Below, piece by piece: positions 1 through 10,618 of a stretch of DNA of 64,000 nucleotides. The position numbers were made by a program, and so were the translations under genes. Position 1 is the stretch's first letter; each line of letters opens with the position of its first letter. The notes below the pieces were generated by a model. It saw nothing but the letters and a program-made list of their open reading frames with translations. It did not search any database and had not been told where the DNA came from. The DNA is taken from NCBI GenBank assembly GCA_002897775.1, contig BDTR01000042.1, positions 61,280 through 125,279 on the forward strand, given 5' to 3'. Origin of the DNA: a bacterium BMS3Bbin08. Its GTDB lineage: Bacteria; Nitrospirota; Thermodesulfovibrionia; UBA6902; BMS3Bbin08.

Positions 1-54
1 TTAATATATATTTTTTCATTGAATTCCTCCTTATATTATATATTATAGAAAATA

Positions 55-2112
55 TCAATATTTTTTTGCCCGTTCCCTCACGGGAATTATCTTCGGCGTA
101 ATAAATATCAGCAGTTCGGTCGTGTCCCTGATCTCTTTTTCTTTTTTAAAGAGCCATCCGATCACAGGTATCTTGCTGAGCAAAGGCACGGCATTCACAC
201 TTTTTGAGATATTTGTTTTGAAAATTCCTCCCATGACCAGTGTATCTCCATTATCGACCAGCACCTGTGTCGTGGCCTCCTTGGTATCGATCGTGGGAAC
301 ACCTTCACCGACCGTCTGCGCAAAATCAGCCTCGTTCTTTGTAGTCTTTATGTCCATTACAATGGTCCCGCGCGGCGTTATGTGCGGCGTGACTACAAGC
401 TCCAGTTTAGCGTCAACAAACTCGGTAGACAGACCCTTATCCTGTGAGAAAGTCTGGTAAGGTATCTTTTTCCCCTGTGAGATAGTTGCCTCCTGGTTGT
501 CCATGGTCACGATCCTGGGGTTGGAGACGATCCTGCCGTTACCGGTGCTTTCCATTGCTGAAAGCTGGATGTCCAGATTCCTGAGTTCCTTGGCGCTGAT
601 ATAACCAAAACCAAGTGAACCGCCGGCGCCCGCTCCGACAGCCGCGGGAAGGTTAACCAGCATGGGATTGTTGCCAAAGAAACCATTACCGCCTGAAAGT
701 CCGTTAACACCGCCGACAACTGACTGGGGCGTGGGCTGCCACAAAACCCCCCACTGGATACCCAGGTCCTTCACAAAGTTCGTGGATACCTCCACGATCC
801 TCGCCTCTATACTGACCTGGGGAGTGGCCTTGTCAAGGGCGGCTATGATCTTTTCATATTCCGGCTGTTTTTCTTCGACGTCTTTTATAAGTATTGAACT
901 TGTTCTTTCGTCTGTACCGATAAAGCCCCTGTCGGTCATGACCGAGGCGTCTTCGATCGCGCTTTTTACGTCATCAACATCCGCGTAATCTATCGGGTAG
1001 ATCTTTGTGACGAGGTCCCCCGCCTTCAGGGCGGATTCCTTCATCCTGGCTATTGTCTCTTCTTCCCGGACTATATCCTTGGTCGGGGCCACACGAATAA
1101 TCTTATCCTCAACCCGCTTTGACAGGTTATAGTTTCTGAGGATTATATCAAGGGCCTGGTCCCATGGAATATTGTCAAGCTTCATGGAGAACTTGCCGCT
1201 CACAGCGGGGCTGACAACAATGTTATAACCGCTTACATCGGCAATCAGCCTGAAAATATGTATAAGGTCAGCGTCCTGAAAATCAATGGATATTTTTTCT
1301 CCTGTATATTCTTTCGTAGCGAACGCCCGCATTTTCTGCTCTGCAGGGGGCGCGGAAGCGGGTGTTTTGGCCGCGGCCGCCTTAAATGTAAGAATGACCT
1401 GATTCCCCTCTGTGGACATATCGTGACCGGCAGAATCAGCAACATCAATTACCACCCGGGTTCTATCGGCCTGTTCATTGACCCTGACGCCCATAACAGG
1501 GGGCGCGAATGTTGTCGGGGCTTCGGCGCTGGACGATACATCCGGTATATCAACAACAACCTTATTGCCGTCAAGCTCAAAAACCTCGGGATACATTCTC
1601 CCGTCCCCGGTTATCACAACAAGCGCCCTGTCGGTATACCGGCGCAGTTCAACCTTTTCCACTGTTCCGGCATCCATGTAAGAGGCTGATGAAGCAGTTC
1701 CGGCCTCAGGGTTGCTGAACGCGAGAACAAGCAGGTCTCCCTGTTGCGTGGGTTCAACGTCCGCCGGCACGGTAAGGATAATTTCAAGCCTGGCGTTCTT
1801 TACAGTTCCTCCGGTCGTTGAAGGGATGATCTCCATTACCCCTGCCCTGTCAACCACTATCTTGTCCCTGAACCTGCCAAGGCCGACTTCCTGGAGCTCT
1901 ACCACGACCCTGTAGGGGTCCGCGGGCTTATAAACGGTGTAGGACAAAGGAGCACTGGTGCTGATCTGTATTTCCGTGGTGCCGTCAACCGCCTGCACAC
2001 TTATGTCAGTGATCTCCGACGTGGCGGCCTGTATATCAGATCCGGCGTACTGCACCGTAAAATATGTAAGAAATATCAATATAAAAAATATCAGAGTCCT
2101 CCTGGATGTCAT
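55..2112 (-). CDS. pilQ: Type IV pilus secretin PilQ
   Basis: 685 aa, N-terminal signal peptide, AMIN-like N-domain, and the conserved secretin C-terminal block (...NAVPLLSKIPVIGWLFKKE...LLIFITPKII); last gene of a pilMNOPQ series on the minus strand. Confidence 0.9.
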   Translation of the reverse strand: MTSRRTLIFFILIFLTYFTVQYAGSDIQAATSEITDISVQAVDGTTEIQISTSAPLSYTVYKPADPYRVVVELQEVGLGRFRDKIVVDRAGVMEIIPSTTGGTVKNARLEIILTVPADVEPTQQGDLLVLAFSNPEAGTASSASYMDAGTVEKVELRRYTDRALVVITGDGRMYPEVFELDGNKVVVDIPDVSSSAEAPTTFAPPVMGVRVNEQADRTRVVIDVADSAGHDMSTEGNQVILTFKAAAAKTPASAPPAEQKMRAFATKEYTGEKISIDFQDADLIHIFRLIADVSGYNIVVSPAVSGKFSMKLDNIPWDQALDIILRNYNLSKRVEDKIIRVAPTKDIVREEETIARMKESALKAGDLVTKIYPIDYADVDDVKSAIEDASVMTDRGFIGTDERTSSILIKDVEEKQPEYEKIIAALDKATPQVSIEARIVEVSTNFVKDLGIQWGVLWQPTPQSVVGGVNGLSGGNGFFGNNPMLVNLPAAVGAGAGGSLGFGYISAKELRNLDIQLSAMESTGNGRIVSNPRIVTMDNQEATISQGKKIPYQTFSQDKGLSTEFVDAKLELVVTPHITPRGTIVMDIKTTKNEADFAQTVGEGVPTIDTKEATTQVLVDNGDTLVMGGIFKTNISKSVNAVPLLSKIPVIGWLFKKEKEIRDTTELLIFITPKIIPVRERAKKY

Positions 2113-2642
2113 TCCTCTACCTCCCCTTTGCGGAGCTCCAAAACGATTTTTTTGGGTTTTAGTTCTCCTTTATAATCCTGTATATATTCCTCTATCACTA
2201 ATTTTGTCAGATCGATCTCCTTAACTTTCCCTTCATTCAGGCCAAGCACAGCGCCTTCTTTTACAGTATAAGACTTATTGTCAGGCGCCAGAAGCAGGGC
2301 GGTATACACCTGACCTTTTGAAGCAACCGCTATCAGCCTGAAGTCCGCCGCGGCATAATTCTCAAGCGGGGACAAAGCAGCCCCCCTTTTTGCGCGGTTT
2401 TTCTTTGGAACGGCCTGAACAAGAGCCACGAACGGATCGCGTCTGCCCGCGGGATCATAAATGTATTTCTTTCCCTTCTCCTCTTCCGCGGGAACTTCAA
2501 GGATCACCTTTGGCTCCGGTTTGACCACGGCCTTCGGAGCGGCTGCCTTTGTCCCGGGTTTAACAGGCGCTTTCTTTTTGCAACCCGTAAACACAGGGAA
2601 AATAAATAGGATAACCACCATAATTAAAAACAGTTTTTTCAT
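2109..2642 (-). CDS. pilP: Type IV pilus assembly lipoprotein PilP
   Basis: 177 aa, signal peptide plus lipobox (FTGCKK), RDPF motif typical of PilP; 4-bp overlap with pilQ. Confidence 0.65.
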   Translation of the reverse strand: MKKLFLIMVVILFIFPVFTGCKKKAPVKPGTKAAAPKAVVKPEPKVILEVPAEEEKGKKYIYDPAGRRDPFVALVQAVPKKNRAKRGAALSPLENYAAADFRLIAVASKGQVYTALLLAPDNKSYTVKEGAVLGLNEGKVKEIDLTKLVIEEYIQDYKGELKPKKIVLELRKGEVEE

Positions 2643-2673
2643 CTTGTCCTGTTCCTTCTTTGTCCCTTATCCT

Positions 2674-3303
2674 TTACCTGGACACAGCCGCGCCTGTCGG
2701 AGATCCCTCTGCCGCCGCGTCATATACCGCGGAGAACGTACTCGCGGTAAAACTGGCCTTGATCAGATCAGAGTAATTTCCCCCAGCCTTTTGTATCTTT
2801 ATATTTGAGATATTTACGATCCTTTTTATACGGCTGATATAACTGAAAAAGACCCCCAGGTCATGATACCCGGCCACGATCTCCATTTTTACCGGTATCT
2901 CCGTGTAAACACCTTTGGGGTCAGGCTTTTTGTTCTCTGGTTTCCACAAAAGAATCACCAGCCCCGACTTAAGTCCGAGGTCTGATATCTGTTTAAGCAG
3001 GACCGAGACTTCATTTTCCTCGGGCATTTGCTGCCTCAGCCCCACAAGCAGTACTTTCAGCCTTTCCGCTTCGGCCCTCAGCTCATCCAGCTTCCTTACT
3101 TTGACCTTTGCGGTCGCTATATCATTATCCAGCTTTGCTATGCCGGCCTCCAGGATCTTTATTTCCTTGTTCATCGGAGAATATTTGACCGTCAGGAACA
3201 GCACTACCAGTACCACGGCAGGCACCACTATAATAATGATTTTCAGGAATTGGGGTATATTTCTTGATTTCAGATCAATTGCCATTTTACACCTTGATAT
3301 CAA
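2674..3303 (-). CDS. pilO: Type IV pilus assembly protein PilO
   Basis: Single N-terminal TM helix, coiled-coil, position between pilN and pilP. Confidence 0.65.
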   Translation of the reverse strand: MISRCKMAIDLKSRNIPQFLKIIIIVVPAVVLVVLFLTVKYSPMNKEIKILEAGIAKLDNDIATAKVKVRKLDELRAEAERLKVLLVGLRQQMPEENEVSVLLKQISDLGLKSGLVILLWKPENKKPDPKGVYTEIPVKMEIVAGYHDLGVFFSYISRIKRIVNISNIKIQKAGGNYSDLIKASFTASTFSAVYDAAAEGSPTGAAVSR

Positions 3304-3826
3304 AAGTTAATATGAACTTGTAAACAGAAATATCTCCGATCGCTTCCTTGCGGGACTCAACCAGAGCCACTTCCGACAGGTATTTGGAGCCCTTCAGTTT
3401 CTGAACATAATTAACAAGTTCGTAATTTGAGAACGCGAAACCGCTCACGTTTATTTTCGTTCCGGAGTGGCTCAGCGCTGTAAGCCATACTCCCCTGGGC
3501 AGCTGCGTGCTTACCTCATCAAGAAGCCTGAGAGGGATGTCCTGGTTCTTTTTTAATTGTTTGATGATCTCGGCCTTTTCCTTAAAAGAGGCCACGAGTC
3601 TCTCATAGCTTTCGACCTCTTTGAGCTTTGTCTGCAGCGCGGCCAGTTCCACCTGCCTGGCCGCCTTTTCGGCCTTTAGACCGGTGATCTTGTTGCCGAG
3701 GAAGTACCAGGTAAAACCGATTGCCACACACACGGCGACCGTTACGATAAAAGAAAATATATAATGCGGCGGTATGGGCTGCGCTTTTTTCTTACGTTTT
3801 ACTCCAAGGAGGTTTATTCTTATCAT
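3287..3826 (-). CDS. pilN: Type IV pilus assembly protein PilN
   Basis: 179 aa, N-terminal TM (FIVTVAVCVAIGFTWYF) followed by coiled coil; overlaps pilM stop and pilO start. Confidence 0.7.
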   Translation of the reverse strand: MIRINLLGVKRKKKAQPIPPHYIFSFIVTVAVCVAIGFTWYFLGNKITGLKAEKAARQVELAALQTKLKEVESYERLVASFKEKAEIIKQLKKNQDIPLRLLDEVSTQLPRGVWLTALSHSGTKINVSGFAFSNYELVNYVQKLKGSKYLSEVALVESRKEAIGDISVYKFILTFDIKV

Positions 3827-4884
3827 CTGTCCCCTACCCTCCTTAGCGCCAGCCCGGCGGCAACCGCCATAAGAGGGCCTGTTTTCTTTATATATCCGAT
3901 GTCAAACGAATCCGGGACATGGATGTTCCTGAAGGGTTCAATGACCTTGACATTTATCCCGATCCGCTCCGACAGAAGAGGGACAAAGTCCTTGACAAGG
4001 GCGCAGCCGCCGCTCAGGACGATCTCATTGATCTCCTCCTGGCTCGTGGCCCCTCTGAAATAGTCAAATGACCGGGAGATCTCTGTAATTATATCTTCGG
4101 AAGCAGAGGTTAACACAGACGCGACCTCTTCCAGGGAAACCCCTTCAACCGCCTCTCCCTGCTTCAGCCGTTCAGCATCGTCGAATGAAACGGTAAACCC
4201 TCTCTGAAGGGCCTCTGTGTGAAGGTTGCCTCCGACAGAGCTGTCCCTTGTAAAGATCGATGTGCCTCCCTTAAGGATATTTATATTGATAGTACCTGCC
4301 CCTATATTAACAAGGGCTATATTGTCTTCCGCGTTGATATCATAATTTATCTCATACATGTTCTCCAGGGCAAAAACATCAACATCAACGATCGCGGGAT
4401 TGAAACCGGCCTCGCGGACAACGGATACGTACTCGGTTATCTTGTCCTTCTTGACCGCCACGATCATGACATCCATCTGATTCCCTTCCTCGCGCTGTCC
4501 CAGGATCTGGAAATCAAGGTTCACGTCTTCGATATCAAACGGGATATACTGTTCCGCCTCGAACTTGATGGACTCCTGCAGTTCTTCCTCGGTCATCTGC
4601 GGAAGGGCAACCCTTTTTATAATGACCGAGGAGTGGCCGGATACGCCGAGCGCCACGTCCTTTATACGGAAATTTTTCTCGGCAATAAGTTCTTTGATGG
4701 TATCTACAACCCGGAGGGAGTCAAGGATCGAACCGTCTACGATAAGTTCGGGAAGGATGGGGGCCATACCCAGATTTTCCAGTTCGTATCCGTTCTTGAC
4801 TTCTTTTAGCTGAACGGCTTTGATCTCTCTCGAACCGATATCAAGGCCTATTATTCCCTTGCCGCGTCCTCCGCCAAATAACAT
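3823..4884 (-). CDS. pilM: Type IV pilus assembly ATPase-like protein PilM (actin fold)
   Basis: 353 aa, N-terminus GIIGLDIGSREIKAVQL and actin/FtsA-like fold motifs; first gene of the operon. Confidence 0.85.
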   Translation of the reverse strand: MLFGGGRGKGIIGLDIGSREIKAVQLKEVKNGYELENLGMAPILPELIVDGSILDSLRVVDTIKELIAEKNFRIKDVALGVSGHSSVIIKRVALPQMTEEELQESIKFEAEQYIPFDIEDVNLDFQILGQREEGNQMDVMIVAVKKDKITEYVSVVREAGFNPAIVDVDVFALENMYEINYDINAEDNIALVNIGAGTININILKGGTSIFTRDSSVGGNLHTEALQRGFTVSFDDAERLKQGEAVEGVSLEEVASVLTSASEDIITEISRSFDYFRGATSQEEINEIVLSGGCALVKDFVPLLSERIGINVKVIEPFRNIHVPDSFDIGYIKKTGPLMAVAAGLALRRVGDR

Positions 4885-5088
4885 AGTTCTATCAATATCA
4901 AAAAAGCATTATATTGTCAAGCTTTTTCTGGTACGTCAGAACCGGCGACTGTGTCAGGAAGCGCCGGCCCGCGGCAGGAACCATAAATAAACACAGCGCG
5001 GGCGCCGGGCTTTAATCTCCGGTCCGTTGACAAACCGTTTAAAATAATTTTAAACTTTCCTGTACAACATATTTTAAAATAAAAATAA

Positions 5089-6384
5089 ATGCTCGCGGAA
5101 ATCTTAGAAACAACACCAACAACAAGAAAACTGAAGATAAATATCCCCGCTTCCGTTATCGAAGAGGAGATCGCCGGCGCCTACGGCAGGCTCAGGGCAA
5201 GCGCGAAAATACCCGGCTTCAGGACCGGCAAAGTACCGCAGGCCATCCTTGAGAAGAAATTCAGCAAAGATATCGAAAGCCAGGTCATAGAAAAGATATT
5301 GCCCGAGTTTTACTCAAAGGCCGTCAGGGAAGCGCGGATAATGCCGGTCTCCTACCCTGATATAGACGGCGGGACCGAACTGGTAAAGGACCGGCCCGGC
5401 TCAAACCGTTACAAGCCGCTCTCCTTCACCGTCACCGTTGAAGTAAAGCCCGAAATAAAAGGCCTCAACTACGAGGGCATCGCGCTTAAAGAGCAGCCGT
5501 TCTCTGTAAAAGACGAGGAAGTGGATACGGCCCTTAAGAGCCTGCGGCAAAGCAGGGCTGTGCTGAAAGTTTTTAAAGGGCCTTTAAAAAAAGGGGACAT
5601 GGCTGTCATAGACTGCGATGCCTTTATAAACGGCAAAGAGGTCACAGATCTGCGATCAAAGGATCATCCTTTTATCCTTGGTTCTCAGGCGATGCCCAAA
5701 GAGTTCAGCGATAACCTGGCAGGCAAAAACAAAGAAGACAGCCTTGAGTTCACGATAAATTTCGAGGCCGGCCTGCCGAACAGTACCATTGCCGGGAAAG
5801 AGGTCCTTTTCAAGGTCTCCGTAAAAGAGATAAAAGAGAGCGTGCTCCCTGACCTGGACGACGGGTTCGCGAAGAGTTTCAACTCTGCCGGCATGGAGGA
5901 GCTCAAAAAGAACATAACCGGGAACATAGGCAAACAGAAAAAGGACAAAATAAACAGCGAATACAAAAAAGAGATCGTGGAACACCTGGTCAGTACCCAT
6001 GAAATTGAAGCGCCCGGCTCCATGGTACAGATGGAACTTAGCTCCCTGATGGACGAGGCAAAGCAGAACGCCATGAGCACGGGTAAGGCCGTTAGGACCG
6101 ATGAAGAGCTGAGGAAGGAACTTGAACCGGCGGCGCATAAGAACGTAAAAGTAATGCTGATACTGGATGCTGTCGGCAAAAAAGAAAAGATCGAGGTAAG
6201 CGAAGATGACGTCAGGCAGGCAGTGGAAGAGGTAGCAACCCGGCACAATATAAAACCCGAGGAAGTGAAAAAGCTGTATATAGCCAAAGAGGGTTCTCTG
6301 GAAGGGTTGAAACACAGGCTGTATTCAGGCAAAGTCCTGGAATTCCTGATGTCTAAAGCATCTATTGAAACAACCACAGATTAA
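5089..6384 (+). CDS. tig: Trigger factor (ribosome-associated PPIase chaperone)
   Basis: 431 aa; ribosome-binding N-domain (GFRTGKVP), FKBP-like middle domain; conserved tig-clpP-clpX order. Confidence 0.9.
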   Translation: MLAEILETTPTTRKLKINIPASVIEEEIAGAYGRLRASAKIPGFRTGKVPQAILEKKFSKDIESQVIEKILPEFYSKAVREARIMPVSYPDIDGGTELVKDRPGSNRYKPLSFTVTVEVKPEIKGLNYEGIALKEQPFSVKDEEVDTALKSLRQSRAVLKVFKGPLKKGDMAVIDCDAFINGKEVTDLRSKDHPFILGSQAMPKEFSDNLAGKNKEDSLEFTINFEAGLPNSTIAGKEVLFKVSVKEIKESVLPDLDDGFAKSFNSAGMEELKKNITGNIGKQKKDKINSEYKKEIVEHLVSTHEIEAPGSMVQMELSSLMDEAKQNAMSTGKAVRTDEELRKELEPAAHKNVKVMLILDAVGKKEKIEVSEDDVRQAVEEVATRHNIKPEEVKKLYIAKEGSLEGLKHRLYSGKVLEFLMSKASIETTTD

Positions 6385-6431
6385 CGCGGATAATAAACTA
6401 CAGATTATCGCTGATATTCCTTCCTGCCGTT

Positions 6432-6466
6432 TTACCCGCCTGGTAGTGTGGCGGGCAGGCAGGTCT
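6432..6466 (+). repeat. Family W hairpin (TTACCCGCC-N9-GGCGGGCAGGC) after tig
   Basis: Related copies at 15963-16010 (inverted, after truB) and 24240-24275 (after SemiSWEET). Confidence 0.6.
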
Positions 6467-6525
6467 GTGCAAATCGCGCGGCTAATCTGTGATCATCTGT
6501 GTTTATTAGCAGAAAGGAGTATACA

Positions 6526-7113
6526 TTGAACTTAATACCGATGGTAATAGAACAGACCGGGCGTACAGAACGGGCATATGACATTTATTCCCGTCTCCTT
6601 AAGGACAGGATCGTATTTATCGGGTCCCCTATCGACGATATCGTGGCGAACACGGTCATCGCGCAGCTGCTATTTCTTCAGACAGACGACCCTGACAAGG
6701 ACATACACGTATATATAAACACGCCCGGGGGTACTGTCTCTTCAGGTCTGGCCATTTACGATACCCTGCAGTATGTAAAGCCGGATATCGCCACATACTG
6801 CATTGGACAGGCGACCAGCATGGGGGCCCTGCTTCTCGCGTCAGGCACAAAGGGCAAGCGGTACGCGCTGCCGCACTCCCGGATAATGATACACCAGCCT
6901 CTGGGCGGTTTTTCCGGCCAGGCAGCCGACGTTGAGATACACGCTAAAGAGATCATGAGAATGAAAGAGACATTAAACAGGATACTTGCCAGGCACACGA
7001 ACCAGCCGTTAGACAAGATCAACGTGGACACTGACAGGGACTTCTTTATGTCGAGCGAGGAGGCAAAGGAATACGGCCTTGTCGATGAAGTGATCGTAAC
7101 AATAAAAAAATAA
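6526..7113 (+). CDS. clpP: ATP-dependent Clp protease proteolytic subunit ClpP
   Basis: ClpP catalytic Ser/His/Asp context ([19 protein letters not shown]); probable TTG start at 6526, 6 nt after GAAAGGAG RBS (ORF track M at 6499 is probably upstream of the true start). Confidence 0.9.
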   Translation: MNLIPMVIEQTGRTERAYDIYSRLLKDRIVFIGSPIDDIVANTVIAQLLFLQTDDPDKDIHVYINTPGGTVSSGLAIYDTLQYVKPDIATYCIGQATSMGALLLASGTKGKRYALPHSRIMIHQPLGGFSGQAADVEIHAKEIMRMKETLNRILARHTNQPLDKINVDTDRDFFMSSEEAKEYGLVDEVIVTIKK

Positions 7114-7125
7114 CCGGGGAAGAGA

Positions 7126-8379
7126 ATGAAAGAAAAAATAAAGAAAACATACGGCACATCGCTCAGATGTTCCTTCTGCAGCAGGGGACAGGATGAGGTC
7201 AAGAAACTGATAGCTGGACCTGCTGTCTACATATGCGATGAGTGTATCGGGCTTTGTAACGAGATCATGGCAGAGGAGCTTGATACCGCGTTTGATATAT
7301 CGGTCTCAACCGCGATTCCCGCGCCCAAAGAAATAAAGGCGTATCTCGACGACTATGTAATAGGCCAGGAACGGGCAAAAAAGACCATCTCCGTGGCTGT
7401 GCATAATCACTACAAGAGGATAAACAATCCGCATCTGTCTGATGTAGAGCTCCAGAAAAGCAATATACTGCTTATCGGTCCGACCGGCACCGGCAAAACG
7501 CTTCTTGCCCAGACGCTCGCGAAGCTCCTGGATGTTCCATTTACCATCGCCGACGCGACAACCCTGACCGAGGCCGGCTATGTGGGTGAAGACGTTGAAA
7601 ACATAATACTTAAACTGCTTCAGGCAGCGGACCATGATATTGAAAAGGCTCAGCGGGGCATCATCTACATTGACGAGGTGGACAAGATAAGCCGCAAGAC
7701 CGAAAACCCTTCCATAACAAGAGATGTTTCAGGGGAAGGCGTCCAGCAGGCGCTCCTGAAGATCATTGAGGGCACGGTTGCCAATATACCCCCTCAGGGA
7801 GGGAGAAAGCATCCCCAGCAGGAATCTATCCAGGTCAATACAACGAACATACTGTTCATATGCGGGGGTACGTTCATAGGCCTTGAGGATATAATCGAAA
7901 AAAGAACAGGCAGGAAAACCGTTGGTTTCGGTTCGGAGCTGAAAAGCCGGAAGCAGAAGAAGATAGGAGAGACCCTGGCAATAGTCGAGCCTCAGGACCT
8001 GATAAAAAGCGGCCTGATCCCCGAGTTCGTTGGAAGGCTTCCTATTGTGGCGATACTTGACGAGCTGGACGCTCCGGCGCTTGTAAGGATCCTTCAGGAA
8101 CCCAGGAACTCTCTTTTAAAACAATATGAAAAGCTGTTTTCTTTTGATAATGTAAAGCTCTCATTCACCGACGACGCGGTCTCTGCCGTGGCCCGGGAAG
8201 CCATGAGGCGCAAGACCGGCGCCAGGGGCCTGAGGGCCATTCTTGAGGACGTGATGCTTGACGTCATGTATGAGATACCTTCACGGAGCGGGATAAAAGA
8301 GTGCGTTATAAACGGGAGGGTCATCGACAAAAAAGAAAAACCTGTTCTGGTCTACGAAAAACACGTTGAATCCGCATAA
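7126..8379 (+). CDS. clpX: ATP-dependent Clp protease ATP-binding subunit ClpX
   Basis: N-terminal C4 zinc finger ([11 protein letters not shown]...CDEC), Walker A GPTGTGKT, sensor motifs. Confidence 0.95.
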   Translation: MKEKIKKTYGTSLRCSFCSRGQDEVKKLIAGPAVYICDECIGLCNEIMAEELDTAFDISVSTAIPAPKEIKAYLDDYVIGQERAKKTISVAVHNHYKRINNPHLSDVELQKSNILLIGPTGTGKTLLAQTLAKLLDVPFTIADATTLTEAGYVGEDVENIILKLLQAADHDIEKAQRGIIYIDEVDKISRKTENPSITRDVSGEGVQQALLKIIEGTVANIPPQGGRKHPQQESIQVNTTNILFICGGTFIGLEDIIEKRTGRKTVGFGSELKSRKQKKIGETLAIVEPQDLIKSGLIPEFVGRLPIVAILDELDAPALVRILQEPRNSLLKQYEKLFSFDNVKLSFTDDAVSAVAREAMRRKTGARGLRAILEDVMLDVMYEIPSRSGIKECVINGRVIDKKEKPVLVYEKHVESA

Positions 8380-8396
8380 ACCGGTTGAGGCGATCG

Positions 8397-9611
8397 TTAC
8401 TGCCGCGCCTGACGCCCGGTGGTTTTGTGCAGATATAATCCAAGGAAATAAGGTTTTTGCGAGGCAAAGGCCTTTGCCTGGCTTTTGAGCAGACCCTCCA
8501 CATGCTTTGAGTCATAACGCCACGTCTTATAATCGAATGTGACAGAGCGGCAGAAATACAGGGGCTTCAGCGCCTCTATTATATCCCTCTTAACCTTTTT
8601 TGACCCCTTTTGAAATGACGATAAAAGCTGGAAAACGACCTGTGTCCACATCAGGATATCCATGCTGTAGAAATCCTGCTCGAACATCGACTCAAGGCTC
8701 AGGACCGAATATTCATTAAGGTGTTTTTTCAGCAGTTTCCTCCTCTGCATATATTCGCCTCTTAACTGCTCTTTCAGGTCCCGGATATCGATCTTCAGCT
8801 CCTGGGGAAGGCCCAGGTTCTTGAGGCCGAACCTCGGTTTCGGCTTCGGGCTTTCAACATGCGAGCTGATCCAGCAGGTCTTTTTTGCCAGTATCAGGTT
8901 AAACAGGGTTGTAACGACCTGGCTGAACATCGGACCCAGCTTCGGGGCGCTTGCCTTGTGTACCTTTGTTCCCAGTCCGGCCTCGCATATTTTAAAACCG
9001 CCCAGGATCGCGTGAAGCGTCATGAAAATATCTACGCCGTAATGCCTGACATTCGTATCCCACTCCTGCTTCAGCCAGTACTTCATCAAAGAGGGTGAAA
9101 AAGCGAACTCCCCGCCTATCGGCTGACGTATGTCCTCACCCAGCAGGCTGTAAAGAAGCGGGTAACAGATATGATTGGTAATAGTGCCGTCAAACTGGTG
9201 CCTTGAATATACAGGCAGGACATAGTCAAATCCATCCATGACCGGCTTTCCCAGGTAGTTCACCCACTCCGGAGTTATGGAGCGAAGGTCCGCGTCAAAC
9301 ACCACCACCGCCTTTAATGTGCCGGCATACTTTTGCGCGAACCTGAACAGGTTCAGAAAGTTATTGCCTTTGCCGCGTACTCCCTTTGGCGTAGTGATAT
9401 AGTGCCTGGGAGTAAGTGTGCCGGTGGACAGGAACGCCTCCTTTGTATTGTCCCCGCTATGATTATCAACGTTAACGATCACGGAATTGAGCTTGCTGAA
9501 ATATCTGGTTATGCCCTTATCCACCTCTCTTACAACAAAAGCAATACGGTCCGCTTCCATATAGGACGGAATGCCGACGATGAATTCTATGTCATTTGGC
9601 GCTTTCTTCAT
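8397..9611 (-). CDS. GT-A fold glycosyltransferase resembling mannosyl/glucosyl-glycerate synthase (GT78/GT81-like)
   Basis: 404 aa; blocks GKGNN, VVFDADL (DXD), QPIGGEF align by eye with mannosylglycerate synthase motifs (GKGDG, FYDADI, QPLGGE). Confidence 0.5.
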   Translation of the reverse strand: MKKAPNDIEFIVGIPSYMEADRIAFVVREVDKGITRYFSKLNSVIVNVDNHSGDNTKEAFLSTGTLTPRHYITTPKGVRGKGNNFLNLFRFAQKYAGTLKAVVVFDADLRSITPEWVNYLGKPVMDGFDYVLPVYSRHQFDGTITNHICYPLLYSLLGEDIRQPIGGEFAFSPSLMKYWLKQEWDTNVRHYGVDIFMTLHAILGGFKICEAGLGTKVHKASAPKLGPMFSQVVTTLFNLILAKKTCWISSHVESPKPKPRFGLKNLGLPQELKIDIRDLKEQLRGEYMQRRKLLKKHLNEYSVLSLESMFEQDFYSMDILMWTQVVFQLLSSFQKGSKKVKRDIIEALKPLYFCRSVTFDYKTWRYDSKHVEGLLKSQAKAFASQKPYFLGLYLHKTTGRQARQ

Positions 9612-9659
9612 AACCTGAATATTATATATGATTTAAGCGCCTGAACGCCCGGCGCGGGG

Positions 9660-10115
9660 TCAGTCCCCTACCCTTTCACTCCTTAACGCGTGTTCAAGAA
9701 GCTCCCTCAGCCTGCGTTTCAGGTCGTCATCCTTAATGCTTTTAACGGTATTTTCTATATACCGCGCGTCTGCCCCGGACAGGGGGCCGGTCTTCAGTAC
9801 CCTGCTGTCATCAGAGCCTTTCAGGGCCGGATCTGCCGCTGGCAGTTTCCCAAGTTTGAACCTTACATCCGTGATCCTGTAACTCCTGAGTTTTTCGCAA
9901 ATATCCTGTTTGTAAAAGCTCAGATGATGCATCCATTGGGGGGTATCGACCGTGATAAAGATCGTATTGCCTTTGACTATATCAGGGTACGTGTGCGCGG
10001 CGATGGTCTCTCCGACCAGTTTTGTCCACTGGTCGCAGATCCTGGTGAATGTAAGGCCCGCTTCAAGCCCGTAATCACCAATAAATTTTTTGAGGATAGT
10101 GCCGGCCCGCTGCAT
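9660..10115 (-). CDS. DUF721 (DciA-like) domain protein
   Basis: 151 aa, pattern L.KFIGDYGLE...W..LVG..IAAHT.P....G.L.I.VD.P.W...L typical of DUF721. Confidence 0.5.
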   Translation of the reverse strand: MQRAGTILKKFIGDYGLEAGLTFTRICDQWTKLVGETIAAHTYPDIVKGNTIFITVDTPQWMHHLSFYKQDICEKLRSYRITDVRFKLGKLPAADPALKGSDDSRVLKTGPLSGADARYIENTVKSIKDDDLKRRLRELLEHALRSERVGD

Positions 10116-10182
10116 AAGTCAACTCATGGTTCGACAAGCTCACCATCGAGAATAGCTGATAGCTGATAGCTAAAAGTTATTC

Positions 10183-10371
10183 CTATACAACCTTTTGAAC
10201 TTTTCCGGAACGCAGACACCTGGTGCAGACATAAACCCTTCTAATTCCACGGCTGGTATTTGTCCTGACCCTTTGAAGGTTGGGCCTGAACACACGCTTT
10301 GTCCTGTTGTTGGCGTGGCTGACGTTATTACCGGAAACTTTTTTCTTTCCACAAACAGAGCATACTGCCAT
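10183..10371 (-). CDS. rpmB: 50S ribosomal protein L28
   Basis: 62 aa; CxxC...C..C; [19 protein letters not shown] matches L28. Confidence 0.85.
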   Translation of the reverse strand: MAVCSVCGKKKVSGNNVSHANNRTKRVFRPNLQRVRTNTSRGIRRVYVCTRCLRSGKVQKVV

Positions 10372-10618
10372 TCGCTTTTTTCCTCCTTGCCTGCCTTAAA
10401 GCAACTCCTCTTTTCCTGACCTTATTACGGATCCACAAAGACTTATTTGTCTCTGTACATGAAACGTGAGAGGATTGCATTAACAACAGCGATTATGATA
10501 CCATGTAAAAGTTAAAACTTACAACTCAAAAATTACCCGTGGTCATAATCCTTTATTGACTTTACTTTATCCCTGTGGTTTGCTTTAACTGAACTTAAGA
10601 TCGGAGTTTTGAAAATAA

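Noticed and set aside
5656-6377. Two long minus-strand ORFs (219 and 230 aa) inside tig
   Set aside because: They are antisense to a confidently identified, highly conserved gene and have low-complexity S/L-rich translations with no motifs.
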